From Minisyncoccota bacterium (GTDB lineage Bacteria; Patescibacteriota; Minisyncoccia; 2-02-FULL-40-12; GWA2-44-9): a stretch of DNA of 27,265 nucleotides. This document shows, in pieces, positions 7,462 through 15,129 of the stretch. How positions within the stretch are numbered: position 1 is the stretch's first letter; each line of letters begins with the position of its first letter. The notes under the pieces are model-generated. The model saw only the letters and a program-made list of their open reading frames with translations. It was not told the origin of the DNA and made no database searches. The stretch is taken from NCBI GenBank assembly GCA_035620375.1, contig DASPGX010000008.1:1-27265 (forward strand). The letters are read 5' to 3'. A program made the position numbers and the translations under genes.

Positions 7462-7512
7462 GCGGTGCGCAGATATGCACAAGAACCGCGCACTTTCGGT
7501 GATACACTAAAG

Positions 7513-9102
7513 ATGCATCCCATGCGTTTTCTGTCTCACCACCGGACCGAAGCCCTGGTCCTGCTCGTCGTCATGGCCGTCGCCGTCGGTTTCCGTTTCT
7601 GGGCGCTGGACCGCGTTCCTCCCGGCCTGTATCCGGACGAGGCGATGAACGGCAACGACGCGGTCGCCGCAGCCGAATCCGGCGAGTACCGCATGTTCTA
7701 CCCCGACAACAACGGCCGGGAGGGATTGTTTATCAATCTGCAGTCGCTCGCGGTCCGCTGGTTCGGCCCGGAACCCGGTTCGTTGCGCGGCGTTTCGGCG
7801 CTTATGGGCGTCCTGACCGTTCTGGGCACGTACCTGCTCACCCGGCGTCTGTTCAATAACTGGGGGCTCGCGGCGCTTGCGGCGTTTTTGCTCGCCGTCG
7901 GATTCTGGCACGTGAATTTCTCGCGCATCGGCTTCCGCGCCGTCATGTCGCCGATGTTCGCGGTCTGGTCGTTCTACTACCTGTATACGGCCCTGCAGAC
8001 GAACCGGCTCTGGCACTGGGGCGTGGCCGGTGCGCTCATGGGACTGGGCATGCATACGTACATCGCATTCCGTATTCTTCCCGTCGCCGCGCTGTTCCTG
8101 CTCGTGGTGTACTGGCACGCGGTACGCAAGGACTTCGCGCACGGCAGGTACCGGTTCACCCGCCAGCAGGTCGCCAGCGGCGTCGCCATGGGAGTCGCCG
8201 CGTTCATCATCACCGTTCTTCCCCTGGCATGGTACTTCACGTCAAACCCCGGCACGTTCACCGGCCGCGCGGGCCAGGTCTCGGTGTTCGCATCCGATGA
8301 GCCGCTGCGGGATGCCGCGGTGAACGTTGTCCGCACGCTCGGCATGTTCGTCTACCGGGGCGACCTGAACTGGAGGCACAATCTTTCGGGAGAACCGCTC
8401 CTGTTCTGGCCGGTCGCCGCGCTGTTCGCCGTGGGACTGGCGCGGAGCCTGCTGAAGGTCGGACGAGTGCTCCGCACCCACGGCCACTTCTCGTCCGTGC
8501 ACGCGCTCCTGCTGGGCTGGTTTTTCATCGGCCTGATTCCCGCATTCGTGTCCAACGAGGGCATTCCGCATGCACTGCGGGCCCTGCCGGTCGCTCCTGT
8601 CGTCTATATTTTCGCCGCGGAAGGTCTCTGGTGGCTGTACATCCTCGTCCGCAGGGCATATGAGGCGCGTGACGCACGGCTCGTCTGCATCCCCGATTAT
8701 CTTGTGCCCGGTACCCACGGCCACGACCGGTGCACGTCCCGCGGCCGCTCCGTCGCGCTGTTCACGCTGTGCGTCGTTCTGGCAGCCCTGGCGGTCCGCG
8801 ATGCGCGCACGTATTTCGTCACCTGGGGCGCGAGCGCGTCCGCCGCGTCGGCGTTCAACCAGGACTACGTGGAGCTCGCGTCGCGCATCAATGCCGTGCC
8901 CGCCGGAACGCCGGTGCTCGTCGTCGTGCAGGCCGGCGGCGTACACGTAAACGGAATTCCGATGCCCGCGCAGACCGTCATGTTCATGACCGATACCGCG
9001 ACGGCGGAAAAGCAGCGCGCGCGGAACGTCCGCTACGTGCGCGGAGACGAATTCCGGCCGGGTTCGGCCGCGCGGGGTACCGAAATCTTCTACATCCGGT
9101 AG
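7513..9102 (+). CDS. GT-C membrane glycosyltransferase, family 39/83 (PMT_2 / ArnT-like)
   Basis: Start chosen at ATG 7513 (MHPMRF...) with GGTGAT 9 nt upstream; the track ORF starts at 7465. More than 10 predicted TM helices. A periplasmic-loop acidic motif LYPDEAMNG precedes TM2. A soluble C-terminal domain is present. Its stop TAG at 9100-9102 is 1 nt from the next ATG. Confidence 0.6.
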   Translation: MHPMRFLSHHRTEALVLLVVMAVAVGFRFWALDRVPPGLYPDEAMNGNDAVAAAESGEYRMFYPDNNGREGLFINLQSLAVRWFGPEPGSLRGVSALMGVLTVLGTYLLTRRLFNNWGLAALAAFLLAVGFWHVNFSRIGFRAVMSPMFAVWSFYYLYTALQTNRLWHWGVAGALMGLGMHTYIAFRILPVAALFLLVVYWHAVRKDFAHGRYRFTRQQVASGVAMGVAAFIITVLPLAWYFTSNPGTFTGRAGQVSVFASDEPLRDAAVNVVRTLGMFVYRGDLNWRHNLSGEPLLFWPVAALFAVGLARSLLKVGRVLRTHGHFSSVHALLLGWFFIGLIPAFVSNEGIPHALRALPVAPVVYIFAAEGLWWLYILVRRAYEARDARLVCIPDYLVPGTHGHDRCTSRGRSVALFTLCVVLAALAVRDARTYFVTWGASASAASAFNQDYVELASRINAVPAGTPVLVVVQAGGVHVNGIPMPAQTVMFMTDTATAEKQRARNVRYVRGDEFRPGSAARGTEIFYIR

Positions 9103-9103
9103 T

Positions 9104-10906
9104 ATGCCGCTTTCTCCCGCACGGACCGCCGCTGCGGTCGTCACCTTCGCCGTCATCCTCGCGCTCGTGAGCTCGGCCGGCGATTCGCTCATCGTGGATG
9201 AAATCCCGCACATCGGTGCGGGATATTCGTACGTGAGCACGGGCGATATGCGCCTGAATCCCGAACATCCGCCCCTGGCGAAATCGCTTGCGGGACTGGG
9301 CGTGCTCGGTTTCGCCGACGGCACGACCGCCTTCGCGAGTCCGTTCTGGACGGCGAACGTGAACGGTCAGTGGGATTTCGGACGCCTCCTCATCTACAAT
9401 TCGGGGAACAACGCGGAACTCATCAAGCAGGCCGCGCGCGTCCCGATGCTTTTGTTCTTCGTGCTGTCCGCGCTTGTGCTGTGGCGGTGGGCGGTGAGCC
9501 GGTACGGTCGCGGTGCGGGCGTGATGGCCGTCGTCCTCTTCGCCTTTTCCCCGACCGTCCTTGCGCACGCCCGTTTCGTCACCACCGACATGCCCGCGGC
9601 GTTCGGCGTCCTCGTTGCGACGTGGTTATTCGTCGGATATCTCCGCGGGCCGGACCGGCGGTCATTCGTGCTCGCTTCCCTGGGTCTCGGCGTTGCCCTG
9701 CTCACCAAATTCAGCACGGTCCTGCTCATACCGTATTTCTTCCTGGTCGCCGCACTTTGGGCGTTCGGAGAGCGGCACGGCCGTCTCCGTCCCGCGGCGG
9801 CACGTGCGGTCCGGTGGTGGTGGCGCACCGCACTGGTGTGCGCCACGGCGTTCGTGTTCGTCGTCTGGCCGGTCTATCTCCTGCACACCGCGGCGTATCC
9901 GGTCGACCGTCAGGTCCGTGACACCACGTCGATTCTCGGCCAACAGCCCGGCCCATTGGTCGCCCGGACCGCCGTCTGGCTTGCGGACAAGCCCGTACTG
10001 CGCGCGGCGGGACATTACGCGACGGGACTTGCGATGGTTCTCCAGCGTTCGGCCGGGGGAAACACGATTTACTGGCTGGGCAACGTCGTGAAAACCGGCG
10101 GCCCGTGGTACTTCCCCATCGTGTATTTCCTGAAGGAATCCCTTGCGTGGTGGATTCTGGCGGCCCTTGCCGTTGCCTCGCTCATTGTCCGCCCGCGCCG
10201 TAGCCATGAACACGGACACCGCCCACGCCGCGGTGAATGGTGGGCGGACCATTTCGACGAGCTTGCGATGCTTCTCTGGCTTGCCGTGTACTGGCTTTCC
10301 AGCGTCACCAGCACGCTGAACATCGGCGTGCGCCATCTGCTGCCGGTGTATCCGTTCACGATTCTTCTCGTGTCGGGACGGCTTGCGGGCATCGTGGAGT
10401 GGCTCCGCCGCCGTGAACCGGCGCGCCTGCGCATCGTCGCGGGGGGCATCGCCCTGCTCATGGGATGGTATGTGTACGAAACGGTCGCCGTGCATCCGTA
10501 CTACCTGACGTACTTCAACCAGATTGCCGGCGGGCCGTCCGGCGGATACCGGTACGTCGTGGACAGTAACCTGGACTGGGGACAGGACCTCTCACGGCTG
10601 TCTGCGTATCTGGACGAGCGCGGCATCGCAGAGGTGGAACTGGATTACTTCGGATGGGCCGACCCGTATTATTATCTTGGCGACCGCGTCGTCTGGGGAA
10701 CCGCCGGCAAGTACGCGAGTGCGGAGGAGTTCATTCGCCGGAACCGCACGGACGGGTGGATTGCGGTCTCGGCGACGTTCCTGCAGAACTCCAACGGATT
10801 CAAGACGTTCGACCCTGGCGACAAGCGCAGTTATTTGTGGCTCACGCAGTACGAACCCGAGGCAATTGTGGGACACAGTATATTTGTGTGGCATATCACT
10901 GAATGA
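9104..10906 (+). CDS. GT39-family glycosyltransferase (dolichyl/polyprenyl-phosphate-mannose protein mannosyltransferase-like)
   Basis: 600 aa, polytopic. Loop-1 motifs DEIPHIGAGYSY and NPEHPPLAKSL match the PMT-family DE...H.G..A..Y / EHPPLGK signature. Confidence 0.7.
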   Translation: MPLSPARTAAAVVTFAVILALVSSAGDSLIVDEIPHIGAGYSYVSTGDMRLNPEHPPLAKSLAGLGVLGFADGTTAFASPFWTANVNGQWDFGRLLIYNSGNNAELIKQAARVPMLLFFVLSALVLWRWAVSRYGRGAGVMAVVLFAFSPTVLAHARFVTTDMPAAFGVLVATWLFVGYLRGPDRRSFVLASLGLGVALLTKFSTVLLIPYFFLVAALWAFGERHGRLRPAAARAVRWWWRTALVCATAFVFVVWPVYLLHTAAYPVDRQVRDTTSILGQQPGPLVARTAVWLADKPVLRAAGHYATGLAMVLQRSAGGNTIYWLGNVVKTGGPWYFPIVYFLKESLAWWILAALAVASLIVRPRRSHEHGHRPRRGEWWADHFDELAMLLWLAVYWLSSVTSTLNIGVRHLLPVYPFTILLVSGRLAGIVEWLRRREPARLRIVAGGIALLMGWYVYETVAVHPYYLTYFNQIAGGPSGGYRYVVDSNLDWGQDLSRLSAYLDERGIAEVELDYFGWADPYYYLGDRVVWGTAGKYASAEEFIRRNRTDGWIAVSATFLQNSNGFKTFDPGDKRSYLWLTQYEPEAIVGHSIFVWHITE

Positions 10907-10936
10907 GAAAAGCCCCCGGCATCACGCTCGGGGGCT
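10903..10936 (-). terminator. rho-independent terminator of the ncRNA (8-bp GC stem, 10-nt loop, UUUUCUC tail)
   Basis: Stem 10911-10918/10929-10936. The tail overlaps the stop codon of the + strand GT39 gene, so it may act bidirectionally. Confidence 0.6.
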
Positions 10937-11396
10937 CATCCAATCCAGTTCCGTCCGGGAATCGAACCCAGGACCGTCCTCCGCTCCGACTCGTCGCATG
11001 CCTCTCCTGTGCCTGCGCCCGCTGCGGCTGTATCTGCAGCGTAGCCTCGGCTGTGGGCTTGCCGGCATGCGCAAATCCTCGGAGCATCCTCGGACAATGC
11101 TTCCATCACATATCCACGGAACTGACCGGGCCGGGGTCTCACGAAAACGCGCCTCTCCTTGGGGAGCAGGCGACGTTCGCCCGGTACCTGCACCGCAGAC
11201 CCCGGGACCCGGGAAGAGCCAACAATTTCCGAATTCGTTACCTGACTCTTACCTTCTTACGGTTGTCCGTGCCTGGCGTCGGCCATTCAGAGGTTATCTT
11301 ACTTGCGTGCCGGTAGGGTTTGGACGAGTGGTGAAATCATTGGCTTTTCCCGGATCCCGAAGGATCCAGGGGAGGTTGAAGAAAGGAACTAAACGT
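10907..11396 (-). ncRNA. unclassified structured non-coding RNA (about 490 nt, promoter to terminator) with a tRNA-like T-arm near the 3' end
   Basis: The 550-bp gap between convergent genes has no credible ORF. A near-consensus promoter on the minus strand (TTGACG-17-TATACT) sits at 11431->11403. An intrinsic terminator (AGCCCCCG...CGGGGGCT + UUUUCUC) sits at 10936->10903. The motif GGUCCUGGGUUCGAUUCCCGGAC (T-stem + TTCGATT loop) is at 10975->10953. An internal UUCG-capped hairpin GGATCC-TTCG-GGATCC is at about 11360->11345. Confidence 0.45.
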
Positions 11397-11402
11397 ACAT
11401 AC

Positions 11403-11431
11403 AGTATAGCAGAAGAGTGTTTTTTCGTCAA
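11403..11431 (-). promoter_or_regulatory. strong sigma70-type promoter: -35 TTGACG (11431->11426), 17-nt spacer, -10 TATACT (11408->11403)
   Basis: Read on the minus strand immediately downstream of the ftsQ-like stop. It would drive the ncRNA candidate. Confidence 0.55.
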
Positions 11432-11455
11432 TACCCCAAAAAGGCGCGTAAAGCC

Positions 11456-12271
11456 TCACTTATAGAAGACCTTCTCGGGAACGCGCAGATCCACGTATTC
11501 CGCCGTAAACGACCCGGCCGCCCTGCGGTCCGCAAGGAATACCTCAAGTACTCCGCTCTGCGCACGGATATCGTGTTCCAGCGAATACATGATGTCGAAC
11601 CCCGCAGTCACGGAAACCCGGAGTTCGGACAGCGGACCACGCCCCACCAGTACCTGACGGACGCCCAGGTCAAGTTCCCGGAGCATCTCCGCGATATCCA
11701 GAATGGCGCCGAGCAGCTCCTTCTGGATGTCCCCTTCCGGGCGCTCATCCCTCACTCCCAGCAGAATGGTACCGCTGGAAGGGACGGCGGTTCCCCATAT
11801 CACGCCCTCGCCGTCGAAGTAGTAGCACGGACGCGTCTGTTCCGTCGTCCGGCACCATGTGCCCACCGGCTGGCGCTCGGTCACCGCCACTTCGATTTCA
11901 TGGGGCCACCGGCGATGCACGCGGACGCCGGAAATCTCGGGAAACGCCGCGAGAATTGCCGCCTCCGCCCTTGCCGGGCTGAAGTTCGCCAGCGTCGGAA
12001 TCCGGGTGAACCGGCCGAACAGCATGCCGCGGTATCCGTCATATGCCCGCGCCGCAACGGCCCCGCCGTCTATACGGGTCACGCCGGACACGGTGATGTC
12101 GTGCAGAGCGATGACGCCGGTGAAATCGGAAAGCGCGGCGAGCCCCACGGCCAGACCAACGACCGAAAGAAGAAGCCACCGGATGCGGTGCCCCCTGCGG
12201 AGGCGCGGCGCCGAAAAACGCCTGCCGGCGGGCATCCGGACAGGCACGGGTGAGGACTGACGTGCGGCCAT
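11456..12271 (-). CDS. ftsQ: cell division protein FtsQ/DivIB-like (N-terminal TM + POTRA)
   Basis: 271 aa with a basic N-terminus, TM helix WLLLSVVGLAVGLAAL and an extracytoplasmic domain of FtsQ-like size. Its ATG lies 2 nt after the serS stop. Confidence 0.45.
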   Translation of the reverse strand: MAARQSSPVPVRMPAGRRFSAPRLRRGHRIRWLLLSVVGLAVGLAALSDFTGVIALHDITVSGVTRIDGGAVAARAYDGYRGMLFGRFTRIPTLANFSPARAEAAILAAFPEISGVRVHRRWPHEIEVAVTERQPVGTWCRTTEQTRPCYYFDGEGVIWGTAVPSSGTILLGVRDERPEGDIQKELLGAILDIAEMLRELDLGVRQVLVGRGPLSELRVSVTAGFDIMYSLEHDIRAQSGVLEVFLADRRAAGSFTAEYVDLRVPEKVFYK

Positions 12272-12273
12272 GA

Positions 12274-13581
12274 TCAGGCGAGTTCGCTGCGTCCGCCGAG
12301 AAACGGCTTCAATGCCTCCGGAACAGCCACGGTGCCCTTTTCGGTCTGACAGTTCTCCACGACGGCGATTATCATCCTGCCGAGCGCGAACGCCGTGCCG
12401 TTCAGCATGTGCGTCAGCTCCGTCTGCTTTTCCCCGATGCGGTAGCGCGATTTCAGGGACCGGCTCTGGTAATCGGTGGTGTTGCTGGTGGAGTGGGTCT
12501 CGCGGTATTCGTTCTGGCCGGGCATCCAGGTTTCAATGTCGAACGTCGCCGCGGCCGCCGCACCGAGGTCGCCCGTACACAGCCGCAACACGCGGTAGTG
12601 CAGGCCGAGTCCCTGCACCAGCGCCTCCTGGCACGCGAGCAGGAACCGGTGCTCCGCTTCCGAGGCGCCCGGTTCGCACACCGTGAACATCTCAAGCTTA
12701 TCGAACTGGTGCACGCGCAGGATGCCGCGCGTGTCCTTGCCTGCAGCTCCCGCCTCACGTCGGAAACAGGTGGAGAAGCCGACGTACCGCAGCGGCAGAC
12801 GTGCCGCCTCCACGATGGTGTCGTAGTGCATGGGTCCGATGGACTGCTCGCTCGTGCCCACGAGATACAGTTCGTCCTTGTCCAGCCAGTACATCTCGTC
12901 GTTCCCCGGCGACGTCCCGATGCGCTCGGAAAATCCCATCGCGTTCATCATCTCCTTGCGCACCATGACGGGCGGAATGACCGGTATGAACGGCCGCGCG
13001 GGGACGTCCAAACCGGCCTTTGCGGCCACGTCCGCGATGAAGGATTCATCGGTCAGCCGCGAAACCGCATATTGGATGAGCGCGAATTCCAGCAGCGCCG
13101 CCCAGCCGGTCAGGTACCCGAACCGCGCTCCGGAAACTTTGGCGCCCGATTCCATGTCTATGGCGCCCGACGGCTCGGCGATTTCCAGGTAGTGCTTCGG
13201 CGTAAACCCGAACGAAGGCTTTGCGCCCCACTCCCGCTCCACGACGTTCGCCGCGGAACCGGCGCCTACCGGCGTATCCGGCAGGGGGATGTTCGGCAGG
13301 GCGGCGATGGCGTTATGCAGAAGCAGTTCCAGCTCCTGCAGACGCATCTCGCGCGATTTGATGCGGTGCTTGAGGTCCTTGAGGTTTTCGCGGTTCTCTT
13401 TGGCGGACGGATCCGCGGAAGCCTTGTTCTGCTCCGCGCGGGCGTCTTCAATTTCCTGCAGGACGTGCCGCCACTGCCCGTCCATGCGGTTGAGTTCATT
13501 CACGTCCACGTCCACGCCGCGCGCGAACATGGCGTTACGCACCGCGTCGGGACTTTCGCGTATCAGCTTCGGGTCAATCAT
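12274..13581 (-). CDS. serS: seryl-tRNA synthetase
   Basis: 435 aa with an N-terminal coiled-coil arm. Class II motifs include FSTCFRREAG and GILRVHQFDKLEMF. Confidence 0.9.
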   Translation of the reverse strand: MIDPKLIRESPDAVRNAMFARGVDVDVNELNRMDGQWRHVLQEIEDARAEQNKASADPSAKENRENLKDLKHRIKSREMRLQELELLLHNAIAALPNIPLPDTPVGAGSAANVVEREWGAKPSFGFTPKHYLEIAEPSGAIDMESGAKVSGARFGYLTGWAALLEFALIQYAVSRLTDESFIADVAAKAGLDVPARPFIPVIPPVMVRKEMMNAMGFSERIGTSPGNDEMYWLDKDELYLVGTSEQSIGPMHYDTIVEAARLPLRYVGFSTCFRREAGAAGKDTRGILRVHQFDKLEMFTVCEPGASEAEHRFLLACQEALVQGLGLHYRVLRLCTGDLGAAAAATFDIETWMPGQNEYRETHSTSNTTDYQSRSLKSRYRIGEKQTELTHMLNGTAFALGRMIIAVVENCQTEKGTVAVPEALKPFLGGRSELA

Positions 13582-15041
13582 GTGCGGGGTTTCATCGTCG
13601 GGAAGAGCAGGACTTCGCGGAGCGAGTGCGCGTCGGTGAACAGCGCGACCAGGCGGTCCACACCGATGCCGATGCCCGCCGCCGGCGGCATGCCGTACTC
13701 CAGCGCCTGAACGAAATCTTCGTCAAAACGGTGCGCCTCCTCGTCTCCGCCCTCGCGCATCGCCTGCTGGGCTGCAAACCGCTCACGCTGGTCTCCGGGG
13801 TCGTTGAGCTCGGCGAACGCGTTACACAGCTCGAATCCTCCCATAACGAGCTGGAACCGTGCAACCGTCGCGGCGTCGGGAGAGGTCCGCTTGGACAGCG
13901 GCGACAGGTCAACCGGATGCTCCGTGACGAAGACCGGCTCGCGCATATCCGGCCGCACCAGTTTCTTGTATATCTCGTCCGCCAATGCCGGCTTGGACAT
14001 GCCTTTCTCCACTTGGCAGCCCAGCTCCTTGGCGCGCGCGGCGAAATCCCCGTCGTCGGCAAGGTCGTACTCAAGGCCGGCGTGTTCTTTGATGATGTCG
14101 GTGAACTTCAGGCGCGGGAACGGCTTGGCGATGGTCACCGTTTCCCCGTTCACGGTCAGCTCCGGCTTGCCGTTCAGTTCGGTCGCCAACGCAATCACCA
14201 AATCCTCGGTCAGCCCCATCAGCCACTCGTGGTCCTGATAGGCGGCATACGCCTCCAGCATGGTGAACTCGGGGTTGTGCTCGCGGTCCATGCCCTCGTT
14301 CCGGAAACACTTGCCCAGCTCAAAAACGCGCTCGTATCCGCCCACGAGCAGACGCTTGAGGTACAGCTCGGGCGCCACGCGGAGGTACAGGTCCATGTCC
14401 AGGTCGTTCATGTGCGTAACGAACGGCCGCGCGGTCGCGCCTCCCGGAATGGTCTGCAGCAGCGGCGTCTGCACCTCAAGATACCCGTGGTCGGCGAAAA
14501 ATTTGCGGAGAAACGCCATGATGGCGAAGCGCCTCGTGAACCGCGCTTTGACCTCCGGATTGAACAGGAGGTCCAGATGCCGCGCGCGGTACCGCTCCTC
14601 CACATCCTGCAGGCCGTGCCACTTCTCGGGAAGCGGCCGCGTCGCCTTCGTCAGGTATCGGTATTTGGCGACCTGCACGCTCCGTTCATTGCGCTTCGTC
14701 AGGAACGGGATTCCGGACACCTCCAGAAAATCCCCGGCGTCCAGCGTTTCCAGAAGCAGTTCAAAGGTCGCGTCGCCCAGTTCGTCCTTGCGGAACATCG
14801 CCTGAATCACGCCCGAACCGTCGTCCAAATCGGTAAATGCGAGGCCCCCGTGCACCCGCTGGGCCACAACCCGTCCCGCGATGACGACGGACCGTCGCTC
14901 TTCCGAGAGCGCGTCAAAATCGCGGACCACGTCGCCGATGCGGTGCGTCCGCCAGGTCTTGATGGGATACGGGTCAACGCCCGCCTTGCGGAGTTTGGCG
15001 AGTTTTTCCTGTCGCGTTGCCAGCAGTTCGTCCAACGGCAT
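13578..15041 (-). CDS. lysS: lysyl-tRNA synthetase, class II
   Basis: 487 aa with an OB-fold N-domain and class II motifs VGGYERVFELGKCFRNEGMDREHNPEFTMLEAY. It has an ATGA overlap with the serS start. Confidence 0.9.
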   Translation of the reverse strand: MPLDELLATRQEKLAKLRKAGVDPYPIKTWRTHRIGDVVRDFDALSEERRSVVIAGRVVAQRVHGGLAFTDLDDGSGVIQAMFRKDELGDATFELLLETLDAGDFLEVSGIPFLTKRNERSVQVAKYRYLTKATRPLPEKWHGLQDVEERYRARHLDLLFNPEVKARFTRRFAIMAFLRKFFADHGYLEVQTPLLQTIPGGATARPFVTHMNDLDMDLYLRVAPELYLKRLLVGGYERVFELGKCFRNEGMDREHNPEFTMLEAYAAYQDHEWLMGLTEDLVIALATELNGKPELTVNGETVTIAKPFPRLKFTDIIKEHAGLEYDLADDGDFAARAKELGCQVEKGMSKPALADEIYKKLVRPDMREPVFVTEHPVDLSPLSKRTSPDAATVARFQLVMGGFELCNAFAELNDPGDQRERFAAQQAMREGGDEEAHRFDEDFVQALEYGMPPAAGIGIGVDRLVALFTDAHSLREVLLFPTMKPRT

Positions 15042-15077
15042 AGGAGCATGATATACGCTTCACGGGCGATATTCAAT

Positions 15078-15122
15078 GAAAAAAAAGAGCGGTCCGCCTC
15101 CCCTTTCGGGAAGACGGACCGC
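15078..15122 (-). terminator. rho-independent terminator (GCGGTCCG...CGGACCGC + U9) after the SPFH gene
   Basis: 8-bp stem at 15089-15096/15115-15122, followed on the minus strand by TCTTTTTTTTC. Confidence 0.75.
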
Positions 15123-15129
15123 GGGAACG

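Noticed and set aside
7443-7507. Longer N-terminus (MYHRKCAVLVHICAPRGIIPVI...) for the coiled-coil gene, as in track ORF 7052..7507.
   Set aside because: The extension would span the extended -10 TGGTATAAT and the divergent promoter region. The ATG at 7442 is the first start downstream of the promoter.
10936-11193. 85-aa and 63-aa minus-strand ORFs and a 137-aa plus-strand ORF inside the 10907-11455 gap.
   Set aside because: They have no RBS, a junk-like composition, and overlap the promoter/terminator-bounded ncRNA candidate. The region is better explained as non-coding.
10903-11431. tmRNA (ssrA) identity for the ncRNA candidate.
   Set aside because: A T-arm plus acceptor-like 3' end is present, but the tRNA-like-domain motif GGAUUCGAC is absent. 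No resume codon or tag reading frame ending in ...AA-stop could be found, and the only exact 7-nt acceptor complement lies 175 nt upstream. The RNA is therefore left unclassified.
12274-15041. T-box riboswitch leaders upstream of lysS, serS or proS.
   Set aside because: The intergenic spaces are too short (0-21 nt) or occupied by a promoter abutting the start codon. No T-box specifier-loop or antiterminator structure was seen.
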